Below are positions 1-10,114 of a DNA stretch of 64,000 bases, piece after piece. Source of the stretch: Acidobacteriota bacterium (GTDB taxonomy: Bacteria > Acidobacteriota > Vicinamibacteria > Vicinamibacterales > SCN-69-37). The notes below the pieces were generated by a model. The model was not told where the DNA came from, did not search any database, and saw nothing but the letters and a program-made list of their open reading frames with translations. Position 1 is the stretch's first letter. Every line of letters starts with the position of its first letter. The position numbers and the translations under genes were made by a program. Where the stretch lies: positions 3,044 through 67,043 of the forward strand of contig CANIII010000022.1 in assembly GCA_947467605.1 (NCBI GenBank), given 5' to 3'.

Positions 1-1
1 T

Positions 2-586
2 CTGGCACGCGTGAAGAAAGAGCTCGGCGTGCCCGTCCTGACGGATATTCACGATGCGTCGCAAGCCGCGCCGACCGGCGAAATCGTGGACATCCTCCAG
101 ATCCCGGCGTTCCTCTCACGGCAAACGGACCTGATCACGGCGGCCGCGAAGACCGGCCGCGTCGTGAACGTGAAGAAGGGCCAATTCCTCGCACCGCTCG
201 ACATGAAGCACGCGGTGAAGAAAGTCACGGAAGCCGGCAACGATCGCGTCTTCATCACTGAGCGCGGCTACACCTTCGGCTACAACAACCTGGTTGTTGA
301 TATGCGCGCGTTCCCGATGATGCGCGCGCTGGGCGTGCCAGTCGTGTTCGACGTCACGCACAGCCTGCAACTCCCGGGCGGTGGCGATGGCGTCACGGCC
401 GGCTTGGCGGAATACATCGAGCCACTGGCGAGCGCCGGTGTCGGTGCGGGCGTCGATGGTGTCTTTCTCGAAGTGCACGAAGATCCGAAGCGCGCCAAGA
501 GCGATGCCCAGAACGCGCTCGCGCTCGCGCTCCTGCCGGCCCTGCTCGACCGGCTCGTGCGCATGAACGAGGTCGCAAAGTCGTGA
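2..586 (+). CDS. kdsA: 3-deoxy-8-phosphooctulonate (KDO8P) synthase, 5'-truncated by window edge
   Basis: Motifs LQIPAFLSRQTDL, VNVKKGQFLAP, ERGYTFGYNNLVVDMR and FDVTHSLQLPG; frame open from position 2. Confidence 0.96.
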   Translation: MARVKKELGVPVLTDIHDASQAAPTGEIVDILQIPAFLSRQTDLITAAAKTGRVVNVKKGQFLAPLDMKHAVKKVTEAGNDRVFITERGYTFGYNNLVVDMRAFPMMRALGVPVVFDVTHSLQLPGGGDGVTAGLAEYIEPLASAGVGAGVDGVFLEVHEDPKRAKSDAQNALALALLPALLDRLVRMNEVAKS

Positions 587-1569
587 CCCAGAAACCGTCA
601 CCGCAGGATGAGCCGAGTCTCACGCTCGCACGCGAAGTGCTCGAAACCGAGTCGCGCGCCATCCTCGGCCTGATTCCGCAACTGGACGCCCGCTTCCCCG
701 CTGCCGTGGAGATGCTGTTCGGCTGTGCCGGCCGCGTCGTGCTCTCGGGCATGGGCAAGTCCGGCATCATCGCGCGCAAGCTCGCCGCCACGCTCTCGAG
801 CACCGGCACCGCCGCCTATTTTCTACATCCCGCTGAAGCCATTCATGGCGATCTCGGCGTCGTCCGAGACGACGACATCGTGATCGCGTTGTCGCACAGT
901 GGCGAGACCGAAGAGCTCGTGCGGTTGGTGGAATCGATTCGACGGACGGGCGCACGCCTGATCGTGATCACCGGCGAAGATCAATCAACGCTGGCACAGG
1001 CGGCAGACATCGCGCTCAGTTGCCATGTGTCTGAGGAAGCCTGCCCACTGAATCTCGCGCCGACGGCCAGCACCACCGCGGCACTCGCACTCGGTGATGC
1101 GCTCGCGATGGCCTTGTCGCAGCGCAAGGGCTTCCGTCAGGAGAACTTCGCAAATCTGCATCCCGGTGGACGGCTGGGCAAGAAGCTGATGCGCGTCGAG
1201 AGCCTGATGCATGGAGGCGACCTGATCCCTCGCGTCTCGCCATCGACCAGCGTCGCCGACGTGATTCATGAAATGTCGAGCAAGCGCCTCGGCGTGACCT
1301 CGGTTGTTGACGAGCATGACCGGCTGGTCGGCATCGTGACGGACGGCGACCTGCGGCGCCATCTCACGAGCGGCGTGAACCTGCTCGAGCGGCGCGCCGC
1401 AGACATCATGACCAAGGATCCGGTTGCCATCTCCACCAAAGTGCTGGCGGTGGAAGCGCTGCAGCAGATGGAACAGCGCAAGATCACGTCGCTGGTCGTC
1501 GTCGACAATGAGCGACGCGTCGTCGGCGTCGTGCACCTGCATGACCTGCTGCGCACGCGGATGGTCTGA
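583..1569 (+). CDS. kdsD: Arabinose-5-phosphate isomerase (KpsF/GutQ family, SIS + 2 CBS)
   Basis: SGMGKSG, HPAEAIHGDLG, EEACPLNLAPTAST, HPGGRLG, C-terminal CBS pair; GTGA overlap with kdsA. Confidence 0.95.
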   Translation: MTQKPSPQDEPSLTLAREVLETESRAILGLIPQLDARFPAAVEMLFGCAGRVVLSGMGKSGIIARKLAATLSSTGTAAYFLHPAEAIHGDLGVVRDDDIVIALSHSGETEELVRLVESIRRTGARLIVITGEDQSTLAQAADIALSCHVSEEACPLNLAPTASTTAALALGDALAMALSQRKGFRQENFANLHPGGRLGKKLMRVESLMHGGDLIPRVSPSTSVADVIHEMSSKRLGVTSVVDEHDRLVGIVTDGDLRRHLTSGVNLLERRAADIMTKDPVAISTKVLAVEALQQMEQRKITSLVVVDNERRVVGVVHLHDLLRTRMV

Positions 1570-1572
1570 CCT

Positions 1573-2109
1573 GTGGCGCCCATCAGCTCTGCCGAGTTCG
1601 GCGTGCGCGCCGAAGCCATTCGCCTGCTCCTCTTCGACGTCGATGGCGTCCTCACCGACGGCAGTGTCAATGTTGACGCCAACGGCGTTGAGCTCAAGCG
1701 CTTTCACATCCGCGACGGCGCCGGCCTCGCATACGCACAGCGCGCGGGATTGCTGACCGGCGTCCTGTCGGCGCGATCCTCTGGCGCCACGACTGCGCGC
1801 GCGAACGAGCTGCACATGGCCGTCATCGTTCAGGGCGTGGCCAACAAACGCATCGCGCTCGAGGAAATCCTGATCAGTCATGGACTCACCGCGGAGGAAG
1901 TGGCCTACATGGGCGACGATCTCGTGGATCTGCCGGTCATGCGGATGGTGGGCTTGTCGGCCGCTCCGGCCGATGCCGTGCCGGAAGTCGCCGCCATCGC
2001 GCACTACGTCAGCTGGCATTCCGGCGGCGATGGCGCCGTCCGCGAATTCGTGGAAGCCGTCCTGAAGGCCCGTGGCCAGTGGGATGATGTCGTGGCGCAC
2101 TTCAACTGA
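1573..2109 (+). CDS. kdsC: KDO8P phosphatase (HAD family)
   Basis: FDVDGVLTDG, FHIRDG, YMGDDLVDLP, GGDGAVRE. Confidence 0.93.
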   Translation: MAPISSAEFGVRAEAIRLLLFDVDGVLTDGSVNVDANGVELKRFHIRDGAGLAYAQRAGLLTGVLSARSSGATTARANELHMAVIVQGVANKRIALEEILISHGLTAEEVAYMGDDLVDLPVMRMVGLSAAPADAVPEVAAIAHYVSWHSGGDGAVREFVEAVLKARGQWDDVVAHFN

Positions 2110-2111
2110 CC

Positions 2112-3344
2112 ATGCAGCCCTACTACACCCTGATCGGCGTCCTCATCGCGTTGCTGGTCGGTCTGGCCATTGGCAAGGCGTGGGAACGCTACAAACTGAT
2201 CGAAGGCCGTTGGATCGACCGACGCCGCGTTCGACAGGCGCCGCACTTCATCCTCGGCTTGAACTATCTGGTGGCCAATCAGGTCGATGCGGCGATTGAG
2301 GAACTGGAGAAAGCCTCCGCCATTGATCCTGGCGCGCTCGAGGTCAAGCTTGTGCTCGGGAATCTCTATCGCGAGAAGGGACAAGTCGGCCGCGCCGTCG
2401 CGGAACATCAGGCACTGCTGCAGCGCCCCCGGCTCAATCGCATCGAACATGCGAATGTGCTGCTCTGTCTCGGACTCGACTACCGGCGCGGCGGCTTCAT
2501 CGACCGCGCGACGACCGCGTTCTCAGAAGTGCTGAAGCTCGATCCTGAAAACGAGGCGGCACTCGCCAATCTCGAAAAGCTGCAGGAGGAACAACACCAG
2601 TGGCAGGAAGCGTACGTGACGCGTCAGCGTCTGGCGTCGCTCGCCGGCCCGCCGGAACAGCCACGATCGCAGGCAATCCTCGCATTTCTGGAACACGAGA
2701 TCGGCCTGCAGGCACTCAAGCAGCATCAGCTGACCAGTGCGGCCGAGCGATTCCTGGCAGCCATCGAACTCGATCGCCTGGTGGTACCGGCATATCTGCA
2801 CCTGGGTGACGTCCGGGAACAGCAGCACGATGAGGCGGCGGCGATCAAGGTATGGGAAACCATGATCGAGGTCGCTCCCGAACGCGCATACCTCGCCTTT
2901 GATCGACTCGAGCGGGCATTCCGAGCCATCGGCGCACCCGATCGGTTTGAAGCGCTCTGTCATCGGCTCATTCAGAGCACACCGCGCGACTGGCGCGCTC
3001 GCGTCGCGTTCGCGGCGCATCTGACAACGCGCGGTGAAGCCGCAAAGGCCCTCGAGATCGTGTTTGAGGCGCTGGAGCACAACCCGCACGCGCTCGCCAT
3101 CCATCAGGCGATCTGGAACACGCTCGAGGCACTGCATCTGCCGAGCCATCTGGTGGCCCGCTACGTCGAGATCACGCGCACTTCCGTGTTCTACATGGAT
3201 CCGCACCTCTGCACGCGATGCCGGTATCGCAGCACCGAACTCCTCTGGCAGTGTCCGCATTGCCACGAGTGGAATACCTTCGTCGAAGAGCGCATTACGC
3301 CGGCGACGGATAACGATTCGGAACTGCCGGCCGTCACCGACTAG
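2112..3344 (+). CDS. lapB: LPS assembly/regulator protein LapB (YciM)-like: N-terminal TM, TPRs, C-terminal rubredoxin-like Zn finger
   Basis: N-terminal hydrophobic helix, GLNYL, LGNLYREKGQ, LGLDYRRGG, CTRC...WQCPHCHEWNT; downstream of kds genes. Confidence 0.85.
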   Translation: MQPYYTLIGVLIALLVGLAIGKAWERYKLIEGRWIDRRRVRQAPHFILGLNYLVANQVDAAIEELEKASAIDPGALEVKLVLGNLYREKGQVGRAVAEHQALLQRPRLNRIEHANVLLCLGLDYRRGGFIDRATTAFSEVLKLDPENEAALANLEKLQEEQHQWQEAYVTRQRLASLAGPPEQPRSQAILAFLEHEIGLQALKQHQLTSAAERFLAAIELDRLVVPAYLHLGDVREQQHDEAAAIKVWETMIEVAPERAYLAFDRLERAFRAIGAPDRFEALCHRLIQSTPRDWRARVAFAAHLTTRGEAAKALEIVFEALEHNPHALAIHQAIWNTLEALHLPSHLVARYVEITRTSVFYMDPHLCTRCRYRSTELLWQCPHCHEWNTFVEERITPATDNDSELPAVTD

Positions 3345-3346
3345 CC

Positions 3347-3958
3347 ATGCGTCCCCGTCCACTGCGCGTAGCGTTGACCGGCGGTATCGCGTCAGGCAAG
3401 AGTCACTGCCTCGCGCGGTTCATTGCCAAGGGCACGCCCGTGATCGACGCGGACGCGCTGGCGCACACCGTCGTCGCCGAAGGAACACCGGGCGCGGCTG
3501 CAGTCATCGACCGCTTCGGCACACTCGATCGTGGCGACATCGCGGCCATCGTCTTCACCGATGCCGTGGCCCGACATGACCTTGAAGCGATCATTCATCC
3601 ACGTGTGTATACCGGGATCAATGAGTGGTTTCGAGCGCTCCGCCACGCGCCATTCGGCATCGCCGACATTCCGCTGCTCTTTGAAACAGGCCACGCCGGT
3701 GACTTCGACCGCGTGATTATCACGTCGTGCCGGCCGGAGCAGCAACGTCAACGATTGCTCGCGCGCGGCCTCACTCCCGACGACGCGGAAGCCCGCATGG
3801 CGACGCAGTTGTCATTTGAGGAAAAGATGCGACGGGCCCAGCGGGCCAACCTGCTCGTGGACGTCATCGATACTTCAGGCAGCACGGCGGAGAGCGATGC
3901 CGCGGTGGATCGAATTATCGAGCGGCTCGGCTCTCTGCCGCCACGAGTGTGTTCTTAA
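3347..3958 (+). CDS. coaE: Dephospho-CoA kinase
   Basis: ALTGGIASGKS, IDADALAH, LEAIIHPRV, DIPLLFE. Confidence 0.93.
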   Translation: MRPRPLRVALTGGIASGKSHCLARFIAKGTPVIDADALAHTVVAEGTPGAAAVIDRFGTLDRGDIAAIVFTDAVARHDLEAIIHPRVYTGINEWFRALRHAPFGIADIPLLFETGHAGDFDRVIITSCRPEQQRQRLLARGLTPDDAEARMATQLSFEEKMRRAQRANLLVDVIDTSGSTAESDAAVDRIIERLGSLPPRVCS

Positions 3959-4844
3959 GCAGCAGCGCAATGGTCAGTGGGCCCACACCGCCCGGCACCG
4001 GCGTCATCGCTCCGGCCACGTCCCAGACGCCCGGGTGCACGTCACCGACCACGGTCGAGCCTTTCTTGTCGAAGCTCGCCAGCCGCTCCGAACGATCGCC
4101 AAACAGGGACGCCACCTGTTGACGATCTGACGTCGGCGAAACACCCACATCAATCACAGTCGCGCCCGCCTTGACCATCGCGGGCGTCACAAAACCTGGC
4201 CGACCAATTGCCGACACCAAAATGTCTGCGTCTCGCGTGACCGCAGGCAGATCCTTTGTCCGTGAGTGACAAATCGTCACTGTCGCGTCGCGCTGCAACA
4301 GCATCAGCGCCATCGGCTTGCCGACAATCTCGCTGCGGCCGATCACGACCGCGCGAGTGCCCGCGATGGCAATCCCCGAGCGCTCCAGCAGTTCAATCAC
4401 GCCACTCGGTGTGCACGCAGCCAGCGTGGCTCTGCCCTGCACCAGGAGGCCAACATTGAGGGGATGAAACCCGTCGACGTCCTTGCTGGGATTGATGGCG
4501 TCGAACACGTCCTGCTCCGCCTTTTTCCCCAACGCTGCCGGCAGTGGCGACTGCACGAGGATGCCGTCACACGTCGCATCTTCGTTCAACTGATACACCA
4601 TGCCGAGCACGGCTTCGCGCGTGGATGTCGCCGGCATCCGATGCACGCTGACGTGCAGTCCTGTCTCAACACCCGCGCGTTCTTTCGCGCCGACATAGAC
4701 CTTGGACGCGGGATCGTCGCCCACAAGGAGGATGTGGAGGGAGGGGGCGCGGCCGTGGGCCGACGCAAAAGCGGCGACCCGCGGTGTCAATTCACCGCGG
4801 ATCGCCGCCGCACAAAGAGTTCCGTCGAGTCGAGTCGCCGACAT
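3915..4844 (-). CDS. folD: Bifunctional methylenetetrahydrofolate dehydrogenase/cyclohydrolase
   Basis: KDVDGFHP, IGRSEIVGKP, TPVPGGVGPLT. Confidence 0.96.
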   Translation of the reverse strand: MSATRLDGTLCAAAIRGELTPRVAAFASAHGRAPSLHILLVGDDPASKVYVGAKERAGVETGLHVSVHRMPATSTREAVLGMVYQLNEDATCDGILVQSPLPAALGKKAEQDVFDAINPSKDVDGFHPLNVGLLVQGRATLAACTPSGVIELLERSGIAIAGTRAVVIGRSEIVGKPMALMLLQRDATVTICHSRTKDLPAVTRDADILVSAIGRPGFVTPAMVKAGATVIDVGVSPTSDRQQVASLFGDRSERLASFDKKGSTVVGDVHPGVWDVAGAMTPVPGGVGPLTIALLLKNTLVAAESRAAR

Positions 4845-4851
4845 CGACGCT

Positions 4852-4857
4852 AGTGTA
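4852..4857 (-). promoter_or_regulatory. -10 box (TACACT) 7 nt upstream of folD ATG; probable leaderless promoter
   Basis: Minus strand reads TACACT-agcgtcg-ATG with no Shine-Dalgarno. Confidence 0.55.
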
Positions 4858-4860
4858 TCG

Positions 4861-6360
4861 CTATCCCTTGGCGAGCCGGCTGTTCTTGATGCCGTAGCTG
4901 AAGTAGATCACGAGGCCAATCGCGAGCCACACGATCAATCGCAGCCAGTTGGTCCAGCCGAGGCCGTAGATCATGGCCGAGCAGACCACCACGCCGAGCG
5001 TTGACACGAGCGGCAGCGCCGGCACGGTGAAACCGCGCGGGATGTCAGGACGACGCACGCGCATCATCCAGACACCGATGCACACAAGGATGAAAGCGAA
5101 CAGCGTGCCGATGCTCGTCATTTCGCCGACGATGTCATCAGGGATGAACGCCGCAAAGAGCGCCGTGAAGACGAAGAAGAGCCAGTTCGACTTGTACGGC
5201 GTCTGGAACTTCGGGTGGGTCTCGGAGAACAGCTTCGGCACGAGGCCATCGCGGCTCATTGAGTAGAACACGCGCGACTGTCCGAGGAGCATCACGAGGA
5301 TGACCGAGGAGAAGCCGGCGAGGATCGCCACCGTGACGAAGTTCGACAGCCAGCCGTAGCCATGCATGTACGTCGTGATCGCGGCGGCCACCGAGGCCTC
5401 ACCACCGAGCTTCGGATCCTGGAAGAACGAGACCGGGCCGAGGCCGCTGAGCACCCATGAGAACAGCACGTAGAGCAACGTGCAGACGACGAGCGAACCC
5501 AGAATGCCGATCGGCATGTCCTTCTTCGGATTCTTCGCTTCCTGCGCGGCCGTGGAGACGGCGTCGAAGCCGATGAACGCAAAGAACACGACACCAGCCG
5601 CACCAAGAATACCCATGATGCCGCCGTACGCGTGTTGGATGCCCTCATGGTTTGTGACCATACGCGGCTCTGGAATCAGCGGCGTGTGGTTGGCCGGATC
5701 GATGAACCCCCAACCGAGCGTGATCACCATCAGGACAATCGACACCTTGAGGACGACGATAATGCCGTTGATGACCGCGGACTGCTGTGTGCCACGAATC
5801 AGGAGCAGCGTGATCAGAAACAGAATGCCGACCGCGGGCACGTTCATCATGCCGTGCACTGCCGCGACACCGTTGACGCCAGTGTCCGGCATGACCTGAA
5901 ACGGCGAGTGGTACCACTGCCAGGGTATTTGTAAATTGACGAACCCAAGCACCCGATTGAAGTACTGACTCCACGCGATCGCGACCGTGGCGGCACCAAC
6001 GGCGTATTCGAGGACCAGATCCCAGCCAATGATCCACGCCATGAGTTCGCCCATGGTTGCGTAGGAGTAGGTATACGCGCTGCCGGCGATCGGAATCATC
6101 GAGGCAAACTCGGCGTAGCAGAGTCCGGCGAACGCGCAGCCGATGCCGGCGACGAGGAACGCGAGGACAACCGATGGGCCCGCGCGCTCAGCGATCGCGT
6201 TGGCGGTTCGGACAAACAGGCCCGCGCCGATGATAGCGCCGATGCCAAGGGCGACGAGCGCTCCGGCACCGAGGGTCCGCTTCAGCGAGCCTTCACCCGT
6301 CGCGGCACCGTCGGCCATGAGGCGTTCGATCGACTTGGTTCGAAACATTGAGCCAGCCAT
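4861..6360 (-). CDS. APC-family (CAT-like) amino acid permease
   Basis: GIGAIIGAGLF, GLCYAEFASMIPIAGSAYTY, FFAFIGFDAVSTAAQEAKNP; many TM segments; SD AAGGAG upstream. Confidence 0.93.
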   Translation of the reverse strand: MAGSMFRTKSIERLMADGAATGEGSLKRTLGAGALVALGIGAIIGAGLFVRTANAIAERAGPSVVLAFLVAGIGCAFAGLCYAEFASMIPIAGSAYTYSYATMGELMAWIIGWDLVLEYAVGAATVAIAWSQYFNRVLGFVNLQIPWQWYHSPFQVMPDTGVNGVAAVHGMMNVPAVGILFLITLLLIRGTQQSAVINGIIVVLKVSIVLMVITLGWGFIDPANHTPLIPEPRMVTNHEGIQHAYGGIMGILGAAGVVFFAFIGFDAVSTAAQEAKNPKKDMPIGILGSLVVCTLLYVLFSWVLSGLGPVSFFQDPKLGGEASVAAAITTYMHGYGWLSNFVTVAILAGFSSVILVMLLGQSRVFYSMSRDGLVPKLFSETHPKFQTPYKSNWLFFVFTALFAAFIPDDIVGEMTSIGTLFAFILVCIGVWMMRVRRPDIPRGFTVPALPLVSTLGVVVCSAMIYGLGWTNWLRLIVWLAIGLVIYFSYGIKNSRLAKG

Positions 6361-6433
6361 TTATCTCCTTCTCTCTTTCGTGAGTGCTTGCGTAAACCCG
6401 ACGCGGCAGGCGCGACGTGGCGAAATCCCCGCG

Positions 6434-6439
6434 ATTATA
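6434..6439 (-). promoter_or_regulatory. -10 box TATAAT upstream of amino acid permease
   Basis: Perfect TATAAT on minus strand in the 120-bp intergenic gap; -35 not clear. Confidence 0.45.
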
Positions 6440-6480
6440 CGGGACCCTGTGACGATTTCACCGGAAAGTCACCGCGGAAC

Positions 6481-7131
6481 TCACGTGCACGCGGCGATAA
6501 ACGCCCGGGCACGACTGGCCAGATCTCCCCTCAGCAGATCGGAGATCACCGCGACCGACGTCGCTCCGGCGGCCAATACTCCCGGCGCCGTCTCCAACGT
6601 AATCCCGCCGATCGCCACGAGCGGCCGCCCACCGGCGATCGCCGCCGCGTTGGCCACCATCGACACGCCAACGGCCGGATCAGCCGGCGCCTTGCTCACG
6701 GTGGGAAAGACTGGACCAATCGCCAAATAGTGGGCCGGTTCGTCGAGACCCGCGCGCAACTGATCAAGCGTGTGTGTCGAGAGGCCAATCAATAGTTCGT
6801 CCGGACCTTTAGGTCCGGGGAGTTCCGACCAACTCGCTCGCACCTGCCTCGGCGTCAGGTCGCCCTGGCCCACATGCACGCCGTCGGCACCGCACATCGC
6901 GGCCATGTCGGCGCGATCATTCACGATGAACGTGGCACCGGCCGCGCGCGCGCGGGGGGCCAACGCGTCCGCGAGCGCCAGCAGGGCACCGCTCGACATC
7001 GACTTTGCGCGTAGCTGAATGAGGCGGATCCCGGCGTCGAGCCACACGTCACACACCACGGTGGGCTCGAGCCCACGCGCGATGAGCGTGTCGATATCCA
7101 GAATGGCGTAGAGCCTAGGCAGACTCGGCAA
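6481..7131 (-). CDS. thiE: Thiamine-phosphate synthase family protein
   Basis: [46 protein letters not shown]. Confidence 0.88.
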   Translation of the reverse strand: MPSLPRLYAILDIDTLIARGLEPTVVCDVWLDAGIRLIQLRAKSMSSGALLALADALAPRARAAGATFIVNDRADMAAMCGADGVHVGQGDLTPRQVRASWSELPGPKGPDELLIGLSTHTLDQLRAGLDEPAHYLAIGPVFPTVSKAPADPAVGVSMVANAAAIAGGRPLVAIGGITLETAPGVLAAGATSVAVISDLLRGDLASRARAFIAACT

Positions 7132-8494
7132 GCTTCTTTGCCGCAGCAGCGGCGTCCGGCTTGGCGAAGCGTTCCATAAACGCGGTGCTGAGTTTTCCGG
7201 CGACGAAATCCGGTTCGGCGAGAATCTTCAACTGCAGTGGGATGGTCGTCTTGATCCCGTCAACAACCGTCATCTCGAGCGTCCGACGCATACGCGCGAT
7301 GGCCTCGTTACGGTCGCGGCCCCACGTGATGATCTTGGCCACAAGCGAGTCGTAGTAGGGCGACACCGTGCACTCCGAATGCGCGTAGGTATCGACGCGG
7401 ACACCCGGTCCCCCGGGTGTGCTGAACGCGTGGATCACCCCTGGACTCGGCGTGAACGTCTCGGGATCCTCGGCATTGATGCGGCACTCGATGGCGTGCC
7501 CACGGAACTCGATCTCGCTTTGCTTGACCGACAACCGCTCGCCGGCTGCCACGCGGATCTGCTCTTTAACGATGTCGATGCCGGTGATGCACTCGGTGAC
7601 CGGGTGTTCCACCTGCAGACGCGTGTTCACTTCGAGGAAATAGAAGTGGCCCGTCTGATCCATGATGAACTCAAAGGTGCCGGCGTTCGAATACTGCACG
7701 GCTTTCGCCGCATCGACCACCGTCGCCCCGAGCTTGCGACGCTGCTTGTCGGTCAGCGCCACCGACGGCGCTTCCTCGAGCAACTTCTGATGACGCCGCT
7801 GGATCGAACACTCGCGCTCACCAAGATGCACCACGTTGCCGTGATGGTCGCCCATCACCTGGATCTCGATATGGCGCGGCGCGATGACGTACTTCTCGAT
7901 GTAGACGTCGCCGTTGCCGAAGGCGGCTTCCGCTTCGCGCGTCGCCATCTTCACATTCTTCGCCAGTTCGTCCATGTTGTGAACGATGCGCATGCCACGA
8001 CCACCGCCACCAGCGACGGCTTTGATGATGACCGGCAGGCCAATTTCTTTCGCGATCTTGATCGCCTGCTCTTCGCTCTGCAGTGGTCCGTCGCTGCCCG
8101 GCAGCACCGGGACGCCGGCCTTCTTCATCGCGCGGCGCGCGCGCGACTTGTCACCGAGCAGACGAATCGCGCTCGGGTCCGGACCAATGAACTTGACATG
8201 GCAGGCTTCGCAGACTTCCGCGAGGTACGCGCTCTCCGACAGGAATCCGTAGCCGGGGTGAATCGCGTCGGCCCCGGTGATCTCGGCGGCGCTGATGATC
8301 GCCGGCACACTGAGGTAGCTGTCGGCGCTCCGGGCCGGGCCGATGCAGACGTCCTGATCGGCAAACCGCACGTGCAGCGAATGTTCGTCGGCCTCCGAAT
8401 AGACGGCCACGGTCTTGATGCCCATCTCGCGACACGCGCTGATGATGCGGAGTGCGATTTCGCCACGATTCGCAATCAGGATCTTCTTGAACAT
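7115..8494 (-). CDS. accC: Acetyl-CoA carboxylase biotin carboxylase
   Basis: [52 protein letters not shown]. Confidence 0.97.
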   Translation of the reverse strand: MFKKILIANRGEIALRIISACREMGIKTVAVYSEADEHSLHVRFADQDVCIGPARSADSYLSVPAIISAAEITGADAIHPGYGFLSESAYLAEVCEACHVKFIGPDPSAIRLLGDKSRARRAMKKAGVPVLPGSDGPLQSEEQAIKIAKEIGLPVIIKAVAGGGGRGMRIVHNMDELAKNVKMATREAEAAFGNGDVYIEKYVIAPRHIEIQVMGDHHGNVVHLGERECSIQRRHQKLLEEAPSVALTDKQRRKLGATVVDAAKAVQYSNAGTFEFIMDQTGHFYFLEVNTRLQVEHPVTECITGIDIVKEQIRVAAGERLSVKQSEIEFRGHAIECRINAEDPETFTPSPGVIHAFSTPGGPGVRVDTYAHSECTVSPYYDSLVAKIITWGRDRNEAIARMRRTLEMTVVDGIKTTIPLQLKILAEPDFVAGKLSTAFMERFAKPDAAAAAKKLAESA

Positions 8495-8518
8495 GGGGCT
8501 GTCAGCTCCGAGTCCGCT

Positions 8519-8983
8519 CTAACTGAGCTTGATGGCAAAGAGACGTTCGCCGAATTGCACCGCTTGTCCGTTCTTCACGTAAACGGCTGAGACTTCGCCA
8601 TCGCAGTCAGACTTGATCTCGTTCATCAGCTTCATCGCTTCGATGATGCAGAGGACCTGATCCTTCTTTACCACGTCGCCGACGTTGGCAAATGCCCGAG
8701 CGCCTGGTTCGGCCGACGAATAGAACGTGCCGACGAGCGGGGCCTTGATCACCGCCAGATCGACGCCTGTCGGCTCAATGGCCGTCGGCGACGCCGCAGC
8801 CGCTGCGGGTACGGCGGACGGCGGCGCGACCGGCGCAGCCGCCATCACCGGCGGCGCGGCATACACGACCTCCTGCCCCGCCTTCTTGATGCGGAGCTTC
8901 AGGCCGTCGCGCTCATATTCAAATTCCGCCAGCTCGTGCTCGCGGACCAGATTCAGAATGTCTTTGATGTCGTCCAGATTCAT
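8519..8983 (-). CDS. accB: Biotin carboxyl carrier protein
   Basis: IIEAMKLMNEI biotinylation motif, Ala/Pro linker. Confidence 0.96.
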   Translation of the reverse strand: MNLDDIKDILNLVREHELAEFEYERDGLKLRIKKAGQEVVYAAPPVMAAAPVAPPSAVPAAAAASPTAIEPTGVDLAVIKAPLVGTFYSSAEPGARAFANVGDVVKKDQVLCIIEAMKLMNEIKSDCDGEVSAVYVKNGQAVQFGERLFAIKLS

Positions 8984-8988
8984 AGGGA

Positions 8989-10104
8989 TCAGACGATCAG
9001 GAGGTCTAAGGGTGCGGTCGTCAACACCTCTTGCCCCTCTGCCGTCACAAGCACATCGTCCTCCAGCCTGACGCCGCCGAGGCCCACCACGTACGCCCCC
9101 GGTTCGATCGTCACGACCATGCCAGATTCCAGCCGAACCGCCTCTGATGGATCCCCAGGACCCACCCGCGGCGCCTCGTGCACATCCAAGCCCAACCCAT
9201 GGCCCGTGCCATGAACGAATGCGCTTCCAAGTTGATGCTGCTCAAGGACTTGGCGCGCGGCTTGGTCCACTTCGGTGGTCAATCGTCCCGGGTGCACCGC
9301 TGCAATCGCCTTGCCCTGCGCCTCGCGAACTGCCAGATACAGCGCCTGACTGTCCGCGCCAACCCGTCCGGCACCAGCCATCCGGGTCAAGTCCACGCAG
9401 TATCCTTCTAACACCCCGCCAAAGTCCAGCAACACGAGGTCGCCTTTTGCGATCGTCCTATCTGTAGGTCTGGCATGGGGATACGCGCTATTGAGGCCGG
9501 TGGCAACGATGGTGTCGAAGGCGGGTTTCTCGAAACCGGCTCGTCGAATGGCCGAGTCAATCAGCCCAGCCACCTCGCGCTCGGTCCGCCCAACGTCCAC
9601 CCATTGCGCGAGGCCCATCGCCACATCGCTCAGAAGCCGGCCAGCCCTGCGCAGAATCGCCAGTTCTGCCGCATCCTTCACAATGCGGCCCGACTCGACC
9701 CAGTCGTAGACCGGGGTGAGTTCGACATTCGGCAAGCCAGCCACCCACCGACCATATTGAGCCACGGTCGTGTGGTCGCCCTCGAATGCGATGCGGCGCC
9801 ATCCCGCCGCGACCAGTACCTCAAGAAGCGTGGAATCGTATTTCTTGACGCGCGTGATCCCGACCGGCGCCATGGTGCCCACGCGCAGGGCTTCGCGGAC
9901 AATCTCTTCATACCGCCCATCGATCAGCAATTCACTCTGGGTGGCGGTCACCACCAGAATGCCGGCTGAGCCGGCAAATCCGGTGAGATATCGAATGTTG
10001 TTGAGCTCGGTGACCACGATGGCGTCGGCATCCGCCTCACCAAGGCGGACGCGCAGCCGAGCAAGGCGGGCTGAGAATGGAAACGGTTCGGTCGGGTGCG
10101 TCAT
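8989..10104 (-). CDS. Xaa-Pro aminopeptidase (M24B)
   Basis: NIRYLTGFAGS, DFGG...DLTR, HGTGHGLGLDVHE, TIEPGAY, GVRLEDD; start placed at ATG 10104. Confidence 0.92.
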   Translation of the reverse strand: MTHPTEPFPFSARLARLRVRLGEADADAIVVTELNNIRYLTGFAGSAGILVVTATQSELLIDGRYEEIVREALRVGTMAPVGITRVKKYDSTLLEVLVAAGWRRIAFEGDHTTVAQYGRWVAGLPNVELTPVYDWVESGRIVKDAAELAILRRAGRLLSDVAMGLAQWVDVGRTEREVAGLIDSAIRRAGFEKPAFDTIVATGLNSAYPHARPTDRTIAKGDLVLLDFGGVLEGYCVDLTRMAGAGRVGADSQALYLAVREAQGKAIAAVHPGRLTTEVDQAARQVLEQHQLGSAFVHGTGHGLGLDVHEAPRVGPGDPSEAVRLESGMVVTIEPGAYVVGLGGVRLEDDVLVTAEGQEVLTTAPLDLLIV

Positions 10105-10114
10105 GCAGCCGGCG

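Noticed and set aside
6449-6472. GTGAC...GTCAC inverted repeat / CRP-like site upstream of the permease promoter
   Set aside because: TGTGA-TCAC spacing does not fit CRP (N6) and the stem is weak; cannot assign
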